A stretch of DNA of 63,925 bases, filler included, from Octopus bimaculoides (lineage: Eukaryota): the NCBI RefSeq assembly GCF_001194135.2. It is 10 parts of 9 records of this genome, joined end to end, with 100 filler letters (N's around TTAATTAATTAA, not from the genome) between each part and the next. Parts side by side here need not be neighbours in the genome. Positions count along the whole stretch, not along the records: positions 1 to 8,025 come from NC_069005.1; positions 8,126 to 12,758 come from NC_068994.1; 8 more parts are not named here. One strand, given 5' to 3'. Below the pieces are notes generated by a model. The model made no database searches. It was not told the DNA's origin and saw only the letters and a program-made list of their open reading frames with translations. Below are positions 1 to 11,309 of this stretch, one piece after another (positions within the stretch are counted from its first letter, which is position 1; every line of letters begins with the position of its first letter). The translations under genes were made by a program, and so were the position numbers.

Positions 1-107
1 TATATGTATATATATATATATATATATTTATATGCACATGCACACATATATACATAAATATAAATATACATATATTTACATACATACATATATATAATTT
101 TTACATA

Positions 108-151
<44 letters not shown>

Positions 152-155
152 TATA

Positions 156-528
156 TCATCATCGTTGTTTAACATCCGGTTTCCATGCTAGCATGTTTTG
201 GACGATTTGACTGAGGACTGGTGGACCAGGAGGCGACACCAGGCTCCAATCTGATTTGGCAGAGTTTCTACAGCTGGATGCCCTTCCTAATGCCAACCAC
301 TCCAAGTGTATAGTAGGTGCCGAAGGCCAGTTAGGCGGTACTGGCAACGGCCACACTCAAAATGGTGTATTTTACGTGCCACCTGCACAGGAGCCAGTTT
401 GGCGGCACTGACAACGATCTCGCTCGATTGTCTTTACAAGTGCCAGGAAGGCGATGCTGGGCACAGGTGCCATTTACAGTTTCGCTTTCGCTTGCACCAA
501 TAGGTCTTCGCAAGCCGAGTTTCATTTC
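156..528 (-). mobile_element. RTE-tail short retroposon (family A)
   Basis: (CAT)n-gtttaacatccg..ccatgctagcatg..ggatgcccttcctaatgccaacc body. Same family as 796-1090, 5890-6193 and the 29512 tail. Confidence 0.85.
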
Positions 529-795
529 CAATATATATATATATATATATAATATTAGGGATAAAAATCCAAAATTACAGGTACAAACTCAATTAAAATC
601 AATTTATGTAAATTAAAATTAAATTAAGTTTCACAGTATTAAATATATATAAATATATAGTTTTAGGGAAAAGAACCAAGGTTCATGAACTCATCGATGA
701 AAATCCACTGTCACATATAGAAAAAATTAATAATTAAAAGTACAATGAATAAGTATAATAATACAAAGTAAATATCATATTATCTTTCATCAATA

Positions 796-1090
796 TCATC
801 ATCATCATCGTTTAACATCCGCTTTCCATGCTAGCATGGGTTGGACGATTTGGCTGAGGACTGGCGAACCAGGTGGCTACACCAGGCTCCAATCTGATTT
901 GGCAGAGTTTCTACAGCTGGATGCCCTTCCTAACGCCAACCACTCCGGGAGTGTAGTGGGTGCTTTTACGTGCCACCGGCACGAAGGCCAGGTAGGCGGT
1001 ACTGGCAACAGCCACGCTCAAAATGATGTATTTTATGTGCCACCTGCACAGGAACCAGGCCAGTGGCACTGGCAACGATCTCCCTCAAAT
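796..1090 (-). mobile_element. RTE-tail short retroposon (family A)
   Basis: Direct similarity to 156-528. Confidence 0.85.
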
Positions 1091-1117
1091 ATATATATGT
1101 GTGTGTGTGTGTGTGTA

Positions 1118-1154
<37 letters not shown>

Positions 1155-1407
1155 GACACGGCAGAAGTAAATAGACACCCATATAATTGTTAAAATTTAT
1201 ATGCTCTCTATCCAACAATCTTCTACATAGTTTCCATCCAACCTCTTTTCATTGACAAGACTTAGGTTAATCTGAGGCTATGGTAAAAGATATTTGGCCA
1301 AAATACCAAGTAGTGTAAATGAACCTGGGACCTCCAGAAACTACTGTAGATCCAATCCACAGGCACACCTACAAACACACTGATAACTGTTCTTTATTTA
1401 ATTACAG

Positions 1408-1466
1408 ATTCCAACAATATCATTTCTCTGTTGATTTCTTCTGATTTCCTCAAGATGGACAGTTTG
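1408..1466 (+). CDS. SANBR: SANBR/KIAA1841 orthologue, first visible coding exon ((D)SNNIISLLISSDFLKMDSL)
   Basis: ttaattacag acceptor and gtaagc donor. Peptide resembles recalled human KIAA1841 'GNVISILISSEFLKMDSL'. Ends in phase 0, compatible with the next exon. Confidence 0.9.
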
Positions 1467-1631
1467 GTAAGCATAACCGTCTACCTATCCACATACTTAC
1501 CCGTCCACCTGCTTACCCTCACCTACATATCTACCTGTCTACCAACACACACGCACGCACACACCTCTACTTATATACCTACATACATGCATAATGGCTG
1601 CAACCCGATTTTGAGCAATGCCATCGCTTGA

Positions 1632-2094
1632 CTATCTTTTATCTTCTACTTGCTTCAGTCATTCGACTGCGGCCATGCTGGGGCACCACCTTGAAAAACT
1701 GTTAGTCGAACGTATCAGTCCCAGTACTTATTTTTGTATTTAAGCCCAGTAATTATTTCATCAGTCTCTTTTGCTGAGCTACTAAGTTACGGATGCATAA
1801 ACACACTAACACTGGTCATCAAGCTGTGGTTCAGGACAAACACAGACACAAAGACACACAGACACAAAGACACACACTCACACGCACACATACAGTTTTA
1901 TATATATCTATTTATATATATATATATATAGGACAGGCTTCTTTTAGTTTCCATCTACCAAATCCACTCACAAGGCTTTGGTCGGCCTGAGGCTTATAGT
2001 AGAAGACACTTGCCCAAGGTGCCACGCAGTTGGACTGAACCCGAAACCATGTGGTTGGTAAGCAAGCTACTTACCACACAGCCACTCCTACGCC
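1632..2094 (-). mobile_element. tRNA-derived SINE with internal microsatellite (family B)
   Basis: Reverse complement head ggcgtaggagtggctgtgtggtaag..ggttcagtcc has A/B-box-like motifs. Homologous to 6994-7410. Confidence 0.85.
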
Positions 2095-2143
2095 CAACCG
2101 GTTCCGTTTTGATTCTTGAGATGTTCTCTGTCTTCTGTTTCAG

Positions 2144-2238
2144 GTCCAGAAATGCATCTCCTATATCCATGACAACCTCTCAGACATCTTACGTGCTCCT
2201 AGTAACATGAACTGCATCAATGATAAATTAGTAACAAG
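2144..2238 (+). CDS. SANBR: SANBR exon (VQKCISYIHDNLSDILRAPSNMNCINDKLVTR)
   Basis: ttctgtttcag acceptor, gtttgt donor, 95 nt, phase 0 to 2. Matches recalled '[32 protein letters not shown]'. Confidence 0.92.
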
Positions 2239-3244
2239 GTTTGTTGATAACAATAATAATGGTCCTTTCTACTAGAGGCGCAAGGCCTGGAACTTTTTCG
2301 GTGGGTGGAGGTGCTAGCTGATTACATCACACTGCTCCCCCACCCCCTGCCTGGGCTTAAACTGGTACTTATTCTTATCAACTTGGAAAGAGTCAAAGGC
2401 GAAGTCGACTTTGGCGGCATTTGAACTCAAAAAATGAAAAGAGAGACAAAATGCCATTAAGCATTTTGTCAAGAATGCTAAGGATTCTGTTAGCTTGCTG
2501 CCTTTTTATATATCCTGCTGCTGCTACTACTACTACTACTACCTCCGCTGCTGTCACAACCACTGCTGCTGAGAGCAGAGTGGGTACCAAAGAAATTGAA
2601 AAATAACAGGATCTGGCAAAAGAGCAAATTTGTTATTAGTGATGGAAGCAACATTATATTAAAAAAACATTCTATGCATTTTAATTAACATGAATACACT
2701 GTAAGAGAGCCACACAACTGTGGTCATCAAGATGCTTTCTCAAGATGACTACTGCAGCTCTGTGGCTTTCTATAGTATATCCTCATTAAGTAAGATGTAT
2801 AGCATGCTGTTTTGATATAACATTGCTTCTGTCACTGAGAATAAATTTTACCTAGCCTGTTGGCTATTTGTGACTTTAGCGATTTGTTAATCACTATCTT
2901 TTCTATACCAGTAGAGGCTAAATTTGTCTCAGCATGCTATTGCTAGTGGATTTTTTGTTATTGATGATGCTCAAAGAAGCAGAAATACGTATTTAGCAAT
3001 TCTACTGTCACCGCTGGATAACTTTCATCTGCTTCTGATATTCTGTGCCTGTACATCTCTATGAGATGCTTTCCTAAGATAAACATTTCAGTTGTGTGCT
3101 TTGCCAGAGTATATCCACATTAAGCAAGATATACAGAATGCTAGAATAGTGCAAAGGTTTGGACTCACTTGGCTATTAAACCTCATAGCTTTCTACATAA
3201 AATGGCGTCTGTTTTTTAATGTTTCTCTCCCTTCTATATTGTAG

Positions 3245-3310
3245 GATCGCTGAGCTTTTTAACCACAATGAAATCGAGGAGATCAAAGACAAAAAAGATA
3301 AATTTAAAAG
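3245..3310 (+). CDS. SANBR: SANBR exon ([22 protein letters not shown])
   Basis: ttgtag acceptor, gtaaaa donor, 66 nt, phase 2 to 2. Matches recalled '[20 protein letters not shown]'. Confidence 0.93.
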
Positions 3311-3444
3311 GTAAAAAATAATAAAAAGAAAACATAACATATTTGTTATGTATTTATTTGTTAATTCAGGAGCAGGTAATTCAGTTGACTAAATATTGTT
3401 GAATGAGAGAGATACACTATACGCACACACTGACACACAAATTA

Positions 3445-3712
3445 AGTAATCCGTTTGTCTGTCCCCTCTGTGTGTAGCCCCTTGTGGGCAATAAAGAAAT
3501 AAGAAACGTTAGCACGCCGGGCGAAATGCTTAACGGTATTTCGTCTGCTGTTACGTTCTGAGTTCAAATTCCGCCGAGGTTGACTTTATCTTTCATCTTT
3601 TCAAGGTCAATTAAATAAGTACCAGTTACACGCTGGGGTTGATGTAATTGACTTAATCCCTTTGTTTATCCTCTCTATGTTTATCCCCCTGTGGGCAATA
3701 AAGAAACAAATA
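3445..3712 (+). mobile_element. SINE family C (gttctgagttcaaattccgccgaggtcgactttgcc core), preceded by a duplicated tail
   Basis: Core recurs at about 2255-2520(-), 4470-4630, 5170-5375, 43235-43430, 52285-52650 (two copies) and 61445-61610(-). Confidence 0.8.
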
Positions 3713-3855
3713 TTTTGCTAAGGCATAGCTACACTAATAACCTGAAGTCAGATCTCAATATTCATGTTTCAGAATAAAGCATTAGTCAAGTACCGAGCAT
3801 ATTATGAAATTAAATAAATGACAAAGGAAGAGGAAATTATGCAATGAACGTCATT

Positions 3856-3936
3856 AGCTTACAACTGTTTCCGCTATAAGATGCAGTGTGCTCAGAGCTG
3901 GGTATTTGTGCATCCTCTTATAGCTTCCTCAGAGCT
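3856..3936 (-). ncRNA. Hammerhead-like motif with extended stem II
   Basis: agct-CTGAGGA-a-gctataa(gag)gatgca...tgcatcttatagc-g-GAAA-cagttg-TA-agct. The 10.1-11.1 position is non-canonical (A/G). Confidence 0.55.
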
Positions 3937-4048
3937 TCAAAAAGGAAGTGCAAGTTGACTCCCATAGTGTTAGTTCTGTTTATTCTCATTGAAGAGAGAG
4001 GCTCTCAGACAAACTGATATGTTTTTTTAATATTTTTTTTATTTTTAG

Positions 4049-4144
4049 CAAATTGTTTTCAAAAAAGATTGAAAGACTCTTTGATTCTTCTCCAAATTTG
4101 AAACCAAATCCCGATTCCCCAGGCAGTGGCGTTTACTTATTTAG
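4049..4144 (+). CDS. SANBR: SANBR exon ([32 protein letters not shown])
   Basis: T-rich tract plus tag acceptor, gtgagt donor, 96 nt, phase 2 to 2. Matches recalled '[20 protein letters not shown]...LYR'. Confidence 0.93.
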
Positions 4145-4700
4145 GTGAGTGATTTTGTTTTACTGCATGCAAATGAAATATATCAAAGCAGCAGCAGCAC
4201 CACTACCGCCACCGCCACCACTTATATTCAAGCTGGGCCCTGCACACACACTCAAATAAAGAATACTACGATTTCATTCTGGCTAATGGTGGAACCTCAA
4301 ACCCTCAACTCATGCTGTTTTCTGCAAGTGCTTCACCCTTATTATTATTATCATTATTATTATTATTATTATTATTATCATCATTATTATTATTATCATT
4401 ATCATTATTATTATTATGACCTACAAGCAGAATTGTCTGCTTGCTGGACAGAATGCTCAGTGGCACTTTATCCATCTTTATGTTCTGAGTTCAAATTCTG
4501 CTGAGGTCAACTTTGCCTTTCATCCTTTTGGGGTCGATGAAATAAGTACCAGTTACGCACTGGAGTCAATGATATCAACTCACCCCTTCCCCCCAAAATT
4601 GTTGATCTTGTACAAAAATTTGAAACCATTATATGTTTATCATTATTATTATCATTATTATTATCATTATTATTATCATTATTATTATTAATGTCATCAG

Positions 4701-4766
4701 GTGCTGCCATTGTCAGAAAATTCTTCTTCCAAAATATGCCCAGCGAATAAGATGTGCCCCAAGCAG
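4701..4766 (+). CDS. SANBR: SANBR exon (CCHCQKILLPKYAQRIRCAPSR)
   Basis: catcag acceptor, gtaaaa donor, 66 nt, phase 2 to 2. Matches recalled '[22 protein letters not shown]'. Confidence 0.88.
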
Positions 4767-5386
4767 GTAAAAATATTATTATTCATACNNNNNNNNNNNN
4801 NNNNNNNNNNNNNNNNNNNNNNNNNNNNNNNNNNNNNNNNNNNNNNNNNNNNNNNNNNNNNNNNNNNNNNNNNNNNNNNNNNNNNNNNNNNNNNNNNNNN
4901 NNNNNNNNNNNNNNNNNNNNNNNNNNNNNNNNNNNNNNNNNNNNNNNNNNNNNNNNNNNNNNNNNNNNNNNNNNNNNNNNNNNNNNNNNNNNNNNNNNNN
5001 NNNNNNNNNNNNNNNNNNNNNNNNNNNNNAGTTTTAGTTAGTTTAAATTGCAGAGTTGTGTCCCTTGATCATTTAGGCATTAATATTTTTCATTGTCACA
5101 GCAGTAATTTTAATTAAATGTAGTATTCACTAGAATCTGACTTAATTATTTCTCAATAAATTTATTTGTCAACGTTAGCACACCCGATGAAATGCTTAGC
5201 GGTATTTCATCTGCCGTTATGTTCTGAGTTCAAATTCCGCTGAGTCAACTTTGCCCTTCATCCTTTTGGGGGTCGATAAATTAAGTACCAGTTACATACT
5301 GGCGTCAATCTAATTGACTGATCTCCCCCCTCCCCTAAAATTTCGGGCCTTATGCCTAGAGTAGAAAAGAATATATTTATTTGTCT

Positions 5387-5745
5387 TAAGGCAGTGAGCT
5401 GGCTGAATCGTTAGCATACTGGGCAAAACGTTTAGTGACATTTTGTCTGTCTTTACATTCTAAGTTCGAATCCTGAATAGGTCACCTTTGCCTTTCATCC
5501 TTTCAGGGTCAATAAGATAAGTACCAACTGATCACTGGGGTCATATAATCAACTTATATAATTTTTGGAGAGGTAGTATATTGACTACATCAACCCAGTG
5601 CTTAACTGGTACTTATTTCATCAACCCCCAAAAGAATGAAAGGCCAAGTCTACCTTGGTGAAATTTGAACTCAGAATGTGAAGATGGATGAAATGCCACT
5701 AAGCATTTTGCCTGGCACAGTTACAATTCTGCCAGCTCGCCACCC
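5387..5745. mobile_element. Two family C SINEs in tail-to-tail inverted orientation
   Basis: + copy 5387-5570 (ggcagtgagctggctgaatcgttagc...) and - copy 5575-5745 (...cattttgcctggcacagttacaattctgccagctcgcc). Confidence 0.7.
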
Positions 5746-5889
5746 TTAAGTGTATATAGATAATGAAGTGGGCTGTAGGTAGCTAACGAAGTAGTTATAT
5801 ATGGTTATTAAGTAAGGTGTACATAGAGAGTGTATATAGTGAATTAAATACAGTGTATATAGTTAAGGAAATGAGCATATAAATTTAAT

Positions 5890-6193
5890 GAAATGGGGTG
5901 TGGAAAGCGAAATTGTGATGGCACCTGTGTCCAGCATCGCCTTCCTGGCACTTGTAAAGACGTTCGAGCGAAATCGTTGCCAGTACCGCTGGACTGGCCT
6001 TCGTGCCAGTGGCACGTAAAAGCACCCACTACACTCTTGGAATGGTTGGCGTTAGGAAGGGCATCCAGCTGTAGAAACTCTGCCAAATCAGATTGAAGCC
6101 TGGTATAGCCATCTGGTTCACCAGTCCTCAGTCAAATCGTCCAACCCATGCTAGCATGGAAAGCGGACGTTAAACGACGATGATGATGATGAT
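5890..6193 (+). mobile_element. RTE-tail short retroposon (family A)
   Basis: Reverse complement of 156-528, ending in ggacgttaaacgacgatgatgatg. Confidence 0.85.
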
Positions 6194-6375
6194 GGGGTGT
6201 GTATAATTAACGAAGTATGTTGTCTAATTAATGAAGTGGTGTTTATATATTTAATGAGGTAGGTGTATATAATTAATGGTCTGTTTAGAATTACTGCCTC
6301 AATGTGTTTGCTTGTTAATTAATTGATTTGTTAGTTAAGAAAATTAGTTTTTTTTTTTTTTTAATTTCATTTCAG

Positions 6376-6718
6376 GTTGTCTGTGAATGAAATTGGTGAA
6401 CTTGTATATAACCATGATACCGACATGACCTTTGACATCAATGAGTTCATCCTAGCATTGAAGTCACAAATGGTGACCTGGCGAAATGTTTACTGGAAAC
6501 TGTGGGGCTTGGTCAATTATCTCCACTGCACATGGTGCAACGAGATGTTTCCATGTGCTCACTTTGGTCACTGTCCTTATCATCCTGAGGAACCACAATT
6601 CCAGACTGCTGCCGGCAGGGATGGTGAAACTGTGTCTTCAAAGCTCGTCTCACCAATTGGACATTACCCTTGCTGCAACCAAACTGTGTGCAGATTTGAC
6701 CCCGCAAACTTAAATCTG
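6376..6718 (+). CDS. SANBR: SANBR exon, Cys/His-rich region (LSVNEIGELVY...VYWKLWGLVNYLHCTWC...HCPYHP...YPCCNQTVCRFDPANLNL)
   Basis: tttcag acceptor, gtttgt donor, 343 nt, phase 2 to 0. Motifs YWxLWG, CxxC, HCxYH and YPCCNQxVxRFDP are as recalled for KIAA1841. Confidence 0.95.
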
Positions 6719-6762
6719 GTTTGTACAGGTATTTGATATCATAGCTAACAAAAGAATTGACG

Positions 6763-6811
6763 ATCATCATCATCGTTTAACGTCCACTTTCCATGCTAGC
6801 ATGGGTTGGAC
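6763..6811 (-). mobile_element. 5'-truncated family A tail fragment
   Basis: atcatcatcatcgtttaacgtccactttccatgctagcatgggttggac. Confidence 0.75.
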
Positions 6812-6993
6812 AATGACGACAATGATGATGATGATGATGATGATGATGGTTTCTGATCTTAACTGATTGGAAGTGTTGCTGCTTCAGTGGCCCATTAGGC
6901 TTGGGTGTTGAGAAGTAGTAATACAGCACATAGGTGGTGGTTTCAAATCTCTACCCAGAAATTACAAGAGATCTAGTTAAAGTTTTTGTAATA

Positions 6994-7164
6994 GGCGCAG
7001 GAGTGGCTGTGTGGTAAGTAGCTTGCTTACCAACGATATGGTTCCGGGTTCAGTCCCACTGCGTGGCACCTTGGGCAAGTGTCTTCTACTATAGCCTCGG
7101 GCCGACCAAAGCCTTGTGAGTGGATTTGGTAGACAGAAACTGAAAGAAGCCCATCGTATATATG

Positions 7165-7212
<48 letters not shown>

Positions 7213-7410
7213 TGTGTTTGTCCCCTCCAACATCGCTTGACAACCGATGGTGGTGTGTTTATGTCCCCTTAACTTAGCAGTTCGGCAAAAGAAGACCGAT
7301 AGAATAAGTATTAGGCTTACAAAGAATAAGTCCTAGGGTCGATTTACTCGACTAAAGGTGGTGCCCCAGCATGGCCACAGTCAAATGACTGAAACAAGTA
7401 AAAGAGTAAA
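6994..7410 (+). mobile_element. tRNA-derived SINE (family B), near full length
   Basis: ggcgcaggagtggctgtgtggtaag...ggttcagtcccactgcgtggcaccttgggcaag, (TA)/(TG)n core, tail cagcatggccacagtcaaatgactgaaacaagtaaaagag. Further partial copies at about 9566-9647(-), 32345-32705(-), 35880-36420(+) and 39830-39930(-). Confidence 0.88.
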
Positions 7411-7568
7411 ATTTGAAATATAAGATGGTAGGATGTCAGTTAAGAGAGATTTAGCTGCTATTTCTAGCAAGTAAAGTGACTACATTAGAAAAACACTTGT
7501 TGGATCAGTTAATGTGAAAGAAAATGATACCAGTGAACCCTTTTCTCTTTTTCCACCTATAAATGCAG

Positions 7569-7723
7569 GGTTGCCAAGCAAGGGACCACATTGTGAAACC
7601 CCTGGTAAACAAGGAGAACAGTACCAAGGACACCCCAGAAGAAACATGTAATTTATTCAAAGATTTGATCGCGCATCGGGACATCATTGGTATTCCTTAT
7701 AACAACACGAATGACTTTTATTT
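7569..7723 (+). CDS. SANBR: SANBR last visible exon (GCQARDHIVKPLVNKENSTKDTPEETCNLFKDLIAHRDIIGIPYNNTNDFY); gene continues beyond a strong donor
   Basis: atgcag acceptor, gtaagt donor, 155 nt, phase 0 to 2. Matches recalled 'GCKVRDH...LDDLHKYRDVIVVP'. The C-terminal NQDAQR-containing exons were not found. Confidence 0.9.
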
Positions 7724-8025
7724 GTAAGTTATATAAAATAATAAGTAAAATTCTCTCTTTCTCTCCCTCCCTCTCTCTCTCTCTGCTTGCGAAGACCTGT
7801 TGGGGCAAGTGAAAGCAAAATCGTGAGTGTGTATATATATATATATATATATAAAAACAAATAATAAATGAGTATATGCATATATACGTACAGGTGTGTG
7901 CATACCTACGTCTACCTGTATATATAGGTGCATATCTGGGTACAGGACATTGCAAACAAAACGTAGACAAGAAATAATAATAACCAGAGTACAGAAAACA
8001 CACAGGCCACATAGAGAACATTTTC

Positions 8026-8125
8026 NNNNNNNNNNNNNNNNNNNNNNNNNNNNNNNNNNNNNNNNNNNNTTAATTAATTAANNNNNNNNNNNNNNNNNNN
8101 NNNNNNNNNNNNNNNNNNNNNNNNN
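8026..8125. other. Assembly spacer for an unsized gap (N44-TTAATTAATTAA-N44); also at 12803, 22914, 33376, 52856, 57405, 59454, 60941 and 62151
   Basis: An identical 12-mer sits centred in identical 100-bp N blocks nine times. Confidence 0.97.
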
Positions 8126-8203
8126 GCATAAAAAAGGTTATTAACTTTTTTGTCTTTCCTTAATTGGAACCTAATTCACAAAAGAAATTACACAGTTTGC
8201 GCA

Positions 8204-8253
<50 letters not shown>

Positions 8254-8656
8254 CACATACAGATGCACCCCCTACACACACATAAAGGCAGACACAAACA
8301 GTATAAGGATACGTGATAAGGAAAAATAAGCGAAATTACCTCAATTTCTTCCAAGTCGGTGCGCGTGAGTTTATATGTGTGTGTGTGTACGCACACGCGC
8401 GAGTGTGCGTACACATCTATATGCGTCTATTCATGCATATACATACATTCATATATGCATATATGTATGCATATCTTGTATATACGTAAATATGTAAATG
8501 TATTTCTTTTTGTGTATATGTATATTTTGTATATATTAATGAATGTATAGGCGTGGGCATAGATCTGTGGCTATGAATATTGCATTGCAACTACGGGGCT
8601 GCAGGTTCGATCGCATTGCGAGGCACGTTAGTCAACTGTCTTTTACTATATATACA

Positions 8657-8706
<50 letters not shown>

Positions 8707-10105
8707 CTACCCTGTATGCTCTGTCTAAGTCAAAATGATTTTTTGTATTCCTCCTTTCTACTTGGAGAGTTTAGATTTAATTATAAAAATANNNNNNNNN
8801 NNNNNNNNNNNNNNNNNNNNNNNNNNNNNNNNNNNNNNNNNNNNNNNNNNNNNNNNNNNNNNNNNNNNNNNNNNNNNNNNNNNNNNNNNNNNNNNNNNNN
8901 NNNNNNNNNNNNNNNNNNNNNNNNNNNNNNNNNNNNNNNNNNNNNNNNNNNNNNNNNNNNNNNNNNNNNNNNNNNNNNNNNNNNNNNNNNNNNNNNNNNN
9001 NNNNNNNNNNNNNNNNNNNNNNNNNNNNNNNNNNNNNNNNNNNNNNNNNNNNNNNNNNNNNNNNNNNNNNNNNNNNNNNNNNNNNNNNNNNNNNNNNNNN
9101 NNNNNNNNNNNNNNNNNNNNNNNNNNNNNNNNNNNNNNNNNNNNNNNNNNNNNNNNNNNNNNNNNNNNNNNNNNNNNNNNNNNNNNNNNNNNNNNNNNNN
9201 NNNNNNNNNNNNNNNNNNNNNNNNNNNNNNNNNNNNNNNNNNNNNNNNNNNNNNNNNNNNNNNNNNNNNNNNNNNNNNNNNNNNNNNNNNNNNNNNNNNN
9301 NNNNNNNNNNNNNNNNNNNNNNNNNNNNNNNNNNNNNNNNNNNNNNNNNNNNNNNNNNNNNNNNNNNNNNNNNNNNNNNNNNNNNNNNNNNNNNNNNNNN
9401 NNNNNNNNNNNNNNNNNNNNNNNNNNNNNNNNNNNNNNNNNNNNNNNNNNNNNNNNNNNNNNNNNNNNNATACCAGTCGCCAAAGAACAGTGCTATTATT
9501 TTGTATCCATTTCTGTCCGGTAAAGCAGGGTCGGGAGGGAGGGAGGGGGGGTAAAAAAGGTTACAGTAGAAGACACCTGCCCAAAGGTGCCACGCAGTGG
9601 GACTGAACCCGGAACCATGTGGTTGGTAAGCAAGCTACTTACCACACGTCATTTTATATAAGGTGTGCAACTTTTTTGGTTCTTGGAATTACCTGAATTT
9701 CTCATTGGTAGCTGGTGCGAATCGCTACAAAACGATTCGCTTACTCTTTCTGGGTAGGGAAATATTTTCCGAAAATTTGTGAATTTTTTTGTAGGTTATT
9801 TTATTTAAGATGTGCACAGACACGCGTGTAGAGATATGTGTGTGTCGGTGTGTGTATGTGTGCGTGAGCGCAAGGGTGTGTACGCACGGGCGCGTACGTA
9901 TGCATCTTTGCTTTTGGCTCGCCACCCTTTCACAACTGATGTTGTTTGTTCCAGTGAGTTAGCGGTTCAGCAAAATGATTTCGATAGAGTAAACGTCAGC
10001 CTTAAAATAAATACTGTGGCCGATTTGTTCGGCTCAACCCTTTGATCATGGTGTCCAATGACATTAAAATGTATATAGATACATATGTATGTATATATGA
10101 TTGTG

Positions 10106-10136
<31 letters not shown>

Positions 10137-10758
10137 GTACACACACACATATATATATATGTATGTATTCACATACATCATATCTATGTAAACAAATATA
10201 TATACGCACACGCATTTATATATCTATTCACATGTGTATACATCAATACTTGTAAACAATCACACACACACACACACACACACATCCTACATGAACACAC
10301 AGTCATGTCCATGCACACACCACGCATGTATAAAACCACACATATACACACATCATTTATGATATGATGGCTTGTATTCTTAGTATCAGAGATAAACTTC
10401 GCCGTACAAGTGATATATATCTGTATTTACCGTAAGAGATATAGATTGATATATATATAAGCAATAATATCTTTCATTCTCTATAGAAATGCTTTACATG
10501 GTCATGTCATGTATAGATATGCACATGTACATACATGGATAAGCGGGATGCATGAATGCACGTATGTTTATATATGTACATGTACGTGTTTGTGTATGTG
10601 TGTGTATGTGTGTGTATGTGCACACAGACATGTATACATAAGTTTGTACATATATNNNNNNNNNNATATTAATGCTTATCTATATATTAATTTATACATA
10701 TCTTATACACACGCACACACATACACGCGCGCACGCGCACACACACACATATGCACGA

Positions 10759-10810
<52 letters not shown>

Positions 10811-10915
10811 TCGCAGATATACATCTATTGTAATATATCTCTGGCAATATAGTCATGTTATATACAAACTCGCATATCTCTGTCTGATTCCCTCTTTCTC
10901 CTGCGTGCTCCCCCA

Positions 10916-10951
<36 letters not shown>

Positions 10952-11269
10952 TTATATACATATATAAATTATATACAAATCACATACGCACACACGCAAA
11001 TGCATGCATACATACGCGGCAACATACTGCGTACGTAGATAAACTTGAGCTGATATATCTACAATTTGACATATATGCATGTTTTTGTACACATTGGAGC
11101 TAACAATAAGATTGTTCTTCGAGATAAATAGTTTTAAGGAGGTGAACGGTTCGTTCAGTTGCCATTGGGGGTGAAGAGGACTTTGTAGGAACCTCCACAA
11201 AGCGCGTTGCTCGTCGCCAGACTCTTCGCTCTGACATTCCTGATTCTTACTTCTTTTTTCTTATTCTCT

Positions 11270-11309
<40 letters not shown>

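Noticed and set aside
159-1174. Similar short ORFs (AEFLQLDALPNANH...) at 159, 836 and 5844 suggesting a peptide family
   Set aside because: They are reading frames through family A retroposon copies.
6994-7070. tRNA-like A/B boxes here and at 48470-48540
   Set aside because: These are SINE heads without a complete cloverleaf, not tRNA genes. No rRNA or CRISPR array was seen anywhere in the window.
8070-8081. Recurrent palindromic TTAATTAATTAA motif (9 copies)
   Set aside because: Always centred in identical N44 blocks, so it is an assembly gap spacer and not biology.
8716-9606. Long ORFs spanning N runs (also at 14.4, 15.9, 21.7, 39.7, 46.9 and 57.8 kb)
   Set aside because: Their length comes from X codons in gaps.
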